Positions 9,530-16,747 of a stretch of DNA of 45,820 nt are shown in pieces. Within the stretch, counting starts at the first letter, position 1, and every line of letters begins with the position of its first letter. The DNA is taken from positions 1 to 45,820 of the forward strand of contig JACQQY010000019.1 of NCBI GenBank assembly GCA_016206825.1, in the 5' to 3' direction. The stretch is from Candidatus Omnitrophota bacterium (GTDB lineage: Bacteria; Omnitrophota; Gorgyraeia; 2-02-FULL-51-18). The notes under the pieces are model-generated. The model was not told the origin of the DNA and made no database searches. It saw only the letters and a list, made by a program, of their open reading frames with translations. The position numbers and the translations under genes are program-made.

Positions 9530-10627
9530 ATGCCTTTTCCGAGCGCGAGACCCTGCTTATTGAAAGTAAAAAATTATGAGCCGGGAAAGCCGCTTGAGGA
9601 ATTGGAAAGGGAATATGGCATTCGCCGCGCCGTCAAGATGGCTTCCAATGAAAATGCCCTTGGGCCTTCTCCCAAAGCGGTTCTCGCCATGCGAAAGGCC
9701 TTAAAGCGCGTGCACCGTTATCCAGAGAGCAAGTGCCACGCTTTAAGGCAGGCTCTTTCGCGGCGTCTGGGCGTTTCACCGGAGTCTCTTATTTTCGGCA
9801 ACGGGTCGGATGAGGTTTTGGTGCTGGCGGTGAGGGCGTTTGTGGAGGGCGGGGATCAAGTGGTGATTGCGGACCCCACTTTTCTTATTTATGAGATCGC
9901 CGCGCGGACCCAGAACGGCGGCGTGGTCAAAGTTCCCATGAAGGATTTTCGGTACGATTTGGAGGGCATGAGAAGAAAGTTGAGCGCCAAAACAAAGGTT
10001 ATTTTCATTGCGAACCCGGATAACCCCGTTGGGACTTACGTGCGGGAAAAGGATTTGGTCCGCTTTTTACGGGCGGTTCCACGGCGCGTGGTCGTGGTAT
10101 TGGACGAAGCTTACTATGAATTTGCGAGGGACATGGAAGGGTATCCGGATTCGCTTTCGCTCCTTAAGACTTTCAAAAATTTACTGGTGACCAGGACTTT
10201 TTCCAAGGCTTATGGTTTAAGCGGCTTACGAATGGGTTACGGCATCGCTCATCCTTCGATTGTTGAAGCTTTGAATAAGGTGCGCGAGCCTTTTAACGTG
10301 AATCTTCTCGCTCAAGAAGCGGCCGCTGCGGCCCTGGACGATCGTTCGCATCTCGAAAGGACGCTGGAGATGGTGCGTAAGGGCAGGGAATATTTTTATG
10401 ACGAATTCAAGGAGCTCCGCTTGAGTTACGTGGAAACGGTCACAAACTTCGTGCTGGCGGATCTTCGAACGGACGCGCGGGTTGTTTACGAAAAGCTTCT
10501 TAGAAAAGGAGTGATCGTGAGGCCCATGACGGCGTGGGGTCTTAAGACATTTATTCGGGTGACGATCGGGAAAATGAATGAAAACCGAAGGTTTGTGAAG
10601 GCGCTCAAAGAAACGTTAACCAAATAG
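9530..10627 (+). CDS. hisC: Histidinol-phosphate / aromatic aminotransferase (class II)
   Basis: PLP-lysine block TFSKAYGLSGLRMGY. I chose the start at ATG 9530, downstream of GAGGA. The ORF-track start at 9476 would overlap pheA by 49 nt. Confidence 0.8.
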   Translation: MPFPSARPCLLKVKNYEPGKPLEELEREYGIRRAVKMASNENALGPSPKAVLAMRKALKRVHRYPESKCHALRQALSRRLGVSPESLIFGNGSDEVLVLAVRAFVEGGDQVVIADPTFLIYEIAARTQNGGVVKVPMKDFRYDLEGMRRKLSAKTKVIFIANPDNPVGTYVREKDLVRFLRAVPRRVVVVLDEAYYEFARDMEGYPDSLSLLKTFKNLLVTRTFSKAYGLSGLRMGYGIAHPSIVEALNKVREPFNVNLLAQEAAAAALDDRSHLERTLEMVRKGREYFYDEFKELRLSYVETVTNFVLADLRTDARVVYEKLLRKGVIVRPMTAWGLKTFIRVTIGKMNENRRFVKALKETLTK

Positions 10628-10643
10628 CCATGGAGAGCACAGC

Positions 10644-11660
10644 ATGATCATCGTTTTCAAGCCGGACGCAGACAAAAAAGAAATAAAACACGTTATGGAC
10701 AAGATTCAGGAGCTGGGCCTCAGGCCGATGCTCTCGGTCGGCAAAGAAAGGACGATCATCGGCGTTATCGGCGAGGAGGATAAGGCAAGGATTCAGCCTT
10801 TCGAAGCTTATCCCGGCGTCGAGAGCGTCGTTCCGATCCAGAAACCTTATAAGCTGGTCTCGCGGGAGTTTAAGAAGGAGAACAGCGTTATCCGTCTTGC
10901 TCCCGGCGTGGAAATCGGCGGGGAGTCCGTTGTCGTGATGGCGGGGCCCTGCACCGTGGAGAGTCACGACCGGCTTTTGGCCATCGCAAGGAGCGTGAAG
11001 AAAAGCGGCGCCAAGGTTCTGCGCGGAGGCGCTTTCAAACCCCGCACCTCTCCTTATTCTTTTCAGGGTTTGGGAGAAAAAGGAATGCGGTATCTTCATG
11101 AGGCCAAGAAGACGGTGGGGCTTCCGGTCGTGACGGAGCTCATGGATCCGAGGGACCTTCCGCTTTTTGTGAAATATGCGGACGTGATTCAAATCGGGGC
11201 GCGGAATATGCAGAATTTCGAGCTCTTGAAGGAAGTGGGTAAAGTGAAAAAGCCCGTTCTTTTGAAAAGGGGCATGGCCAGCACCGTCAAAGATTTCCTT
11301 CTTTCCGCGGAGTACGTCATTTCTTCCGGCAATCCGAACTGCGTGCTGTGCGAAAGGGGGATACGCACTTTTGAGGACTCCACCCGCTTTACCCTCGACA
11401 TCAGCGCGGTTCCCGTCATCAAAAAACTTAGCCATCTGCCGGTGGTGGTGGACCCTTCCCATTCTTCAGGGGCATGGGACTATGTGGGTCCCTTGGCCAA
11501 AGCCGCCGTGGCCGTGGGAGCCGACGGCCTTTTGATCGAAGTCCACGACGATCCGGAAAAGGCGCTCTGCGACGGCCCCCAGGCGCTCAAGCCCGCCAAG
11601 TTTGACATCCTCATGGAAGAGCTTCGTGTGATCGCCAAAGCAGTGGGGAGAAGTATTTGA
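10644..11660 (+). CDS. aroF: 3-deoxy-7-phosphoheptulonate (DAHP) synthase, type I-beta, with an N-terminal regulatory domain
   Basis: GPCTVES, LRGGAFKPRTSPYSFQG and VVDPSHS blocks, preceded by an extra domain of about 70 aa, as in Thermotoga-type enzymes. Confidence 0.85.
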   Translation: MIIVFKPDADKKEIKHVMDKIQELGLRPMLSVGKERTIIGVIGEEDKARIQPFEAYPGVESVVPIQKPYKLVSREFKKENSVIRLAPGVEIGGESVVVMAGPCTVESHDRLLAIARSVKKSGAKVLRGGAFKPRTSPYSFQGLGEKGMRYLHEAKKTVGLPVVTELMDPRDLPLFVKYADVIQIGARNMQNFELLKEVGKVKKPVLLKRGMASTVKDFLLSAEYVISSGNPNCVLCERGIRTFEDSTRFTLDISAVPVIKKLSHLPVVVDPSHSSGAWDYVGPLAKAAVAVGADGLLIEVHDDPEKALCDGPQALKPAKFDILMEELRVIAKAVGRSI

Positions 11661-12511
11661 AAAAGCCGTTTTTTGGTAAAGTTTGCATTGTAGGCGTAGG
11701 TCTTATCGGCGGATCGATCGGAATGGCCGTCAAGAAAAGGAGATTGGCCCGGTCGGTCGCAGGGGTCGTCCGCCGGAGACAGACGGCCGAAGCCGCTTTG
11801 AAACGCAAGGCTGTGGATGAAACCGTGTTTGATTTGGCATCGGGAGTGTCCTGCGCCGATCTCGTTATTTTAAGTTCTCCGGTTCGAACCATTCTTCAGC
11901 ATCTAAAGATTTTGGATTCCCTTGTCAAACCCGGCGCTATTGTTATCGATGTCGGCAGTTCTAAGTATCGGATTGACAAGACGGCAAAGCGGCATTTAAA
12001 AAAAGCGGTGTTTGTCGGATGTCATCCCATGGCCGGATCGTCCAAGCGCGGGGTTGACTGCACGGACGCAAGTCCGGATTTGTTTCTGGGGGCCGTGTGC
12101 TTCATGACCTCCAAAAATGTGAAGATCAGGAAGTTCTGGAATTTGCTGGGTTCGAGAGTGGTGGACACCCTTTCTTCCAGGGAGCACGATGAATGGGCGG
12201 CCGGGACGAGTTATAGCACGCACGTGGCGGCTTGCGCGCTCTTAAGGGACGACGGGTTGAGGAAGCTTTTGCGGTTTAAAATGATCGCTGATAATCCAAG
12301 CTTCAAGGAGGCCGCCCGGCTCTCCAAGTGCGATCCCGATTTGTGGGCCGATATTTTATTGTCCAATCCGTATTCTGCCCGGCATGTGTTGAGCTTTGAA
12401 AAAAGCATCGCCGAATTCAGGGAGGCCCTGGCGGCCGGCGACAGGCCGAAATTAAAAAAACTAATCGCTCAAGCGAACGTTTTTTCCAACAAGCTGTCCC
12501 CGGATGAATAA
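11657..12511 (+). CDS. tyrA: Prephenate/arogenate dehydrogenase
   Basis: Rossmann motif IVGVGLIGGSIG and the GCHPMAGS block. TTG start overlapping the aroF stop. Confidence 0.8.
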   Translation: MKKPFFGKVCIVGVGLIGGSIGMAVKKRRLARSVAGVVRRRQTAEAALKRKAVDETVFDLASGVSCADLVILSSPVRTILQHLKILDSLVKPGAIVIDVGSSKYRIDKTAKRHLKKAVFVGCHPMAGSSKRGVDCTDASPDLFLGAVCFMTSKNVKIRKFWNLLGSRVVDTLSSREHDEWAAGTSYSTHVAACALLRDDGLRKLLRFKMIADNPSFKEAARLSKCDPDLWADILLSNPYSARHVLSFEKSIAEFREALAAGDRPKLKKLIAQANVFSNKLSPDE

Positions 12512-13223
12512 AAGACTCATTATAGCCATCGACGGGCCGGCGGGGAGCGGGAAATCCACCGTTGCCAAACGAATCGCGGTGAGGCTCGGAATTCCCTACA
12601 TTGATACCGGGGCGATGTACCGGGCGTTGACGCTAAGGGTTTTGCAAAAGCGAATTTCTCTTACGGATACACGGGCGTTGGTCCGGCTTTCTAAAACCAC
12701 TTCCATTGCTCTTCAAGGTTCTCACCCGGAGCGGCAAAGGGTTTTGCTGGATGGGGCGGATGTGACCCGTGAGATCAGGACGCCGGAGCTTACCCAGAAG
12801 GTTTTTTATGTGGCGCAGGTTCCGAAGGTCCGGCGGGAGATGGTCAGGAAACAGCGGACGCTGGGCGAGAAGTGCGGCGCCGTGATGGAAGGCAGAGACA
12901 TCGGGACGGTCGTTTTTCCCGATGCGGACTACAAATTTTATTTGACGGCTTCCTCCTCCGTCAGGGCCATGCGCCGTTACCGGGAGCTTATTCAAACCGG
13001 TCATTCGGCAAGCCGCAGGGAGGTTCTTGCCGATTTAAAGCGTCGGGACAAGACCGACTTGGAAAGGAAGGAGGGCCCTTTGAGAAGGGCGAAGGACGCT
13101 TTTTGGGTCCCTACGACTTCGTTGACAATTTCCCAAGTAGTTGATAAAATCCTTCAGATTATCCGGACCCATTCTGCGAAAAATCCGAAGGTTTCCGGAA
13201 GTTTTACCCTAAACAGTGTTTAA
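12504..13223 (+). CDS. cmk: Cytidylate kinase
   Basis: P-loop IDGPAGSGKST. Conserved cmk-rpsA neighbourhood. Confidence 0.9.
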   Translation: MNKRLIIAIDGPAGSGKSTVAKRIAVRLGIPYIDTGAMYRALTLRVLQKRISLTDTRALVRLSKTTSIALQGSHPERQRVLLDGADVTREIRTPELTQKVFYVAQVPKVRREMVRKQRTLGEKCGAVMEGRDIGTVVFPDADYKFYLTASSSVRAMRRYRELIQTGHSASRREVLADLKRRDKTDLERKEGPLRRAKDAFWVPTTSLTISQVVDKILQIIRTHSAKNPKVSGSFTLNSV

Positions 13224-13890
13224 AAAGCAGGCGCTTATTCAAAGACCCGGTTTCTCTTATAGAGTTGCCAGGTTTATTCTTTTTGTCTTTTACAAGATGT
13301 TTTTTCGCTTTCGGGCTTATGGCATCGAGAACGTGCCCGATCCGGCGGACGAGCGAGGGGTGATTCTGGCGCCGAATCATGCGAGTTATCTGGACCCTCC
13401 GGTGGTGGCGATTGCCCTCCGGCGTGTGGTGACTTTCCTGGCCAAGGGGTATTTGTTTCAAAAATTTTTTATAGGATCGTTTCTACGCTCGGCAGGGGTC
13501 GTTCCCATCAAGACCCGCACGGATGATTTCCGGACCATCAGGCAGATTTTGGGGATTTTAAAAGAGGGTCACTGCGTCGCCATTTTCCCGGAGGGGACCC
13601 GTTCCGTCGACGGCGCTTTCAAAAAGCCGGAAAGCGGGATCGGGTTTCTGGCTATGAAAAGCCAAGCGTACGTGGTTCCGGTTTACATTCAGGGGACGTA
13701 CGAGGTTTTGCCCAAAGGCGCCAAGTGGTTTCGGCCAAGGCCCGTGAGCGCTTATTTTGGACGTTCGTTTATACCGGCTCTTGAGAAGGATTGTCTTGAA
13801 AACCCCAGTCCTTATGAAGCCGTCGCCGAAAAGATCATGCGAGAAATAAAGAGGATGAAAGAACGGGTTGAAACCAAGTTGTCGTGTTAG
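13216..13890 (+). CDS. plsC: 1-acyl-sn-glycerol-3-phosphate acyltransferase
   Basis: Acyltransferase motifs NHASYLD (HxxxxD) and FPEGTRS. The GTG start is uncertain. Confidence 0.75.
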   Translation: MFKKQALIQRPGFSYRVARFILFVFYKMFFRFRAYGIENVPDPADERGVILAPNHASYLDPPVVAIALRRVVTFLAKGYLFQKFFIGSFLRSAGVVPIKTRTDDFRTIRQILGILKEGHCVAIFPEGTRSVDGAFKKPESGIGFLAMKSQAYVVPVYIQGTYEVLPKGAKWFRPRPVSAYFGRSFIPALEKDCLENPSPYEAVAEKIMREIKRMKERVETKLSC

Positions 13891-13916
13891 ACTCTAGGTA
13901 AGGAGGATCCGATTTT

Positions 13917-15524
13917 ATGCGGGAAAGCATTCAGCGGTTTGCGATCGATGAACCTGAAGAGGGGCAGGGAGGCAGCGTCTCGATTAATTACGAGAGCACT
14001 TTTAGGGAGATCGGAGAAGGCCGTGTGATTAAGGGGCGCATTATATTCGTTTCCCCCAAGGAAGTGGTCGTGGATATTGGGTACAAATCGGAGGGAGTCA
14101 TTCCTGCTCACGAGTTCGACCAGTTGGATTCCTTGAAAGCGGGCGATGAAATTGACGTTTTGCTGGAAGAAGCGGAGGATGAGGGGGGAAGAGTCGTTCT
14201 TTCGAGGAGAAAGGCGGAGAGAAGCCAGACGTGGGAGCGCGTCGCCGAGCAGTACAAGGAGGGGGATTTCGTTGAGGGGAGAGTCACCCGGAAGGTGAAG
14301 GGCGGTTTGATGATCGATATCGGAGTGGAAACTTTTTTGCCGGCTTCTTTAGTTTTTCTCAAGGGTTTTGGGAGTTTAAATTCGCTCATCGGGCAAACCA
14401 TTCAAGTGAGAATTGTAAAGATCACCCCTGCCCGCAAGAACATCATCGTTTCAAGGAAGGATGCCCTGGAAAAGGAAAAGCAGGAAACAAGGGCCAAGGT
14501 GCTGGAAGAGCTTCAAGCGGGAACGACCCGCAAAGGGGTCGTGAAGAACATAACCGATTTCGGAGCGTTTATCAATCTGGGCGGGATCGACGGCCTGCTT
14601 CATATTACGGATATGAGCTGGGGCCGCATCAACCATCCTTCGGAAATGTTGAAAGTGGGCGATAAAGTGGAGGTCATGATCCTTTCTTTCGACAAGGAGA
14701 GCATGAAGGTTTCGCTTGGGTTAAAGCAGAAAGAGCCGAATCCGTGGCTGGACGTGGATCAGAAGTTTCCGATAGGCACCAAAGTAAAAGGGCGCATCGT
14801 CAACGTGGTTCCGTACGGAATCTTTGTGGAATTGGCGAAAGGCATTGAGGGGCTTGTCCACGTGTCCGAAATCTCCTGGTCCAAGCGCATCACGAATCCT
14901 TCCGAAATCTTTAAGGCCGGCGATACGGTGGAGGTGATGGTCTTGAACATCGATAAGGACAACCAGAAGATTTCCCTGGGCATCAAGCAGACCGAATCGA
15001 ATCCGTGGCTGGCAGTCGAAGGGCGTTACTCCGTCGGGATGAGACTGAAGGGGGTCGTCAGGAATTTGACGGATTTTGGCGCTTTTGTGGAATTGGAGGA
15101 GGGGATCGACGGGCTTGTCCATGTTTCGGACATGTCGTGGACGCGCAAGGTCAACCATCCGCGGGACGTTTTGAAGAAAGGGCAGGAGGTGGAGGCGGTG
15201 GTTCTCATGGTGGATCCCGCCAATCGTAAGATATCCCTGGGGTTAAAGCAGTTGATTGCCGATCCGTGGGAGGAGATTGCCTCCAAACTTTCGGTCGGAT
15301 CGATTGTGTTGGGCGTCGTGACGAAAGTGGCAAGCTTCGGGGTGTTTGTGGAAATCGAGAAGGACGTAGAGGGGCTCCTCCATATTTCGGAAACCGATCT
15401 TGCTTCGGCTCAGCTTCTTGAAAGCGCGTATCCCGTCGGCAAAAAGATCCAAGCGCGCGTCATCAAGATCGACGTCTCCTCTCGAAAGATCGCCTTGAGC
15501 ACCAAAGGAGTCGGACAGATTTAA
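13917..15524 (+). CDS. rpsA: 30S ribosomal protein S1
   Basis: 535 aa made of repeated S1 domains (recurring G..V.G.V..I..FGAFV blocks). Strong SD AAGGAGGA upstream. Confidence 0.9.
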   Translation: MRESIQRFAIDEPEEGQGGSVSINYESTFREIGEGRVIKGRIIFVSPKEVVVDIGYKSEGVIPAHEFDQLDSLKAGDEIDVLLEEAEDEGGRVVLSRRKAERSQTWERVAEQYKEGDFVEGRVTRKVKGGLMIDIGVETFLPASLVFLKGFGSLNSLIGQTIQVRIVKITPARKNIIVSRKDALEKEKQETRAKVLEELQAGTTRKGVVKNITDFGAFINLGGIDGLLHITDMSWGRINHPSEMLKVGDKVEVMILSFDKESMKVSLGLKQKEPNPWLDVDQKFPIGTKVKGRIVNVVPYGIFVELAKGIEGLVHVSEISWSKRITNPSEIFKAGDTVEVMVLNIDKDNQKISLGIKQTESNPWLAVEGRYSVGMRLKGVVRNLTDFGAFVELEEGIDGLVHVSDMSWTRKVNHPRDVLKKGQEVEAVVLMVDPANRKISLGLKQLIADPWEEIASKLSVGSIVLGVVTKVASFGVFVEIEKDVEGLLHISETDLASAQLLESAYPVGKKIQARVIKIDVSSRKIALSTKGVGQI

Positions 15525-16736
15525 GTGGATTTGCATGAGACCCTCAGGTTTCTTTGCCAAAACACGGTCGACATCCTGTCGAAGGAAGAGCTGAAAACCC
15601 GCCTTTTGTCGGCCGAAAAAGAAAAGCGCCCCCTTCGAATCAAAGCGGGGTTTGATCCGACCGCTCCCGACATTCACCTGGGTCATGCGGTTCTTCTCAG
15701 GAAGCTGAGACAGTTTCAAGACTTGGGTCATCAGGTTGTTTTGATTATCGGCGATTACACGGCGATGATCGGCGATCCGAGCGGGAGGGGTCAAGTACGC
15801 CAGGCCCTGACGCGCGAGGAAGCCCTGAAGAATGCCAAGACTTACCAGGCGCAGGCCTTCAAGATTTTGGACAGCGGTTCCGACAAACTGGAGCTTGTTT
15901 TCAACAGCGGCTGGTTCTTTGATAAAGACATGTTTCGTACTTTTTTGGAGAAGGTCGGGACCTGTTACACCGTTGCCCGTCTGCTCGAGCGGGATGATTT
16001 TGAAAAGAGAATGAAGGCGAATGAACCGATCACCATCCGCGAGTTTATCTATCCCTTGCTTCAGGGCTATGATTCCGTGAAGGTTCGATCGGATGTGGAG
16101 ATAGGCGGCACGGATCAAAAGTTCAATCTTCTTGTTGGGCGTAACTTGCAGAGAGCCTATGGCATGGAGCCTCAGGTTGTGATGACGATGCCGCTCCTTG
16201 TCGGTTTGGATGGAGTTCAGAAGATGTCCAAATCGCTCGGCAATTATGTGGGAGTCGCCGAGTCTCCCAAGGACGTATTTGGAAAGATCATGTCCATTCC
16301 CGACGGTTTGATGGAAATGTACTTTGATTTGCTGACCCCATGGGAAGGGCGTAAGATTTCGAAGGAGATACAGGAGAAAAAAGTTCATCCGAAGGAGGCA
16401 AAGAAGAGGCTTGCTTCTTTTATTGTTTCCTGGCTTTTTGGGGAAAGAAAGGGAGAGGAAGAGGCGGAAGAATTTGACAGAGTTTTTAGCGCCAAGGCGC
16501 TTCCAAAGGCGCTTTCTGAATTAGAGCTTGACGAGACAACCATTTGGATCGTGGAGCTTTTGAAGCGAGCCGGCATGTCTTCAACAGGCGGCGAGGCGAG
16601 AAGGCTCATTGAGCAGGGGGCCGTGGCTCTCGATGGTAAAAAGGTCACCGACCCCAAAGCGCACGTCGGGGTAAAAACAGGGAGCGTTTTGAAGGCAGGA
16701 AAGGTTCGATTCGTGCGGTTAAAAGTGAGAAAATAA
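15525..16736 (+). CDS. tyrS: Tyrosyl-tRNA synthetase
   Basis: DIHLGH (HIGH) and KMSKSLGN motifs, with a C-terminal S4-like domain. GTG start directly after the rpsA stop. Confidence 0.9.
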   Translation: MDLHETLRFLCQNTVDILSKEELKTRLLSAEKEKRPLRIKAGFDPTAPDIHLGHAVLLRKLRQFQDLGHQVVLIIGDYTAMIGDPSGRGQVRQALTREEALKNAKTYQAQAFKILDSGSDKLELVFNSGWFFDKDMFRTFLEKVGTCYTVARLLERDDFEKRMKANEPITIREFIYPLLQGYDSVKVRSDVEIGGTDQKFNLLVGRNLQRAYGMEPQVVMTMPLLVGLDGVQKMSKSLGNYVGVAESPKDVFGKIMSIPDGLMEMYFDLLTPWEGRKISKEIQEKKVHPKEAKKRLASFIVSWLFGERKGEEEAEEFDRVFSAKALPKALSELELDETTIWIVELLKRAGMSSTGGEARRLIEQGAVALDGKKVTDPKAHVGVKTGSVLKAGKVRFVRLKVRK

Positions 16737-16747
16737 TAACTCCGAAA

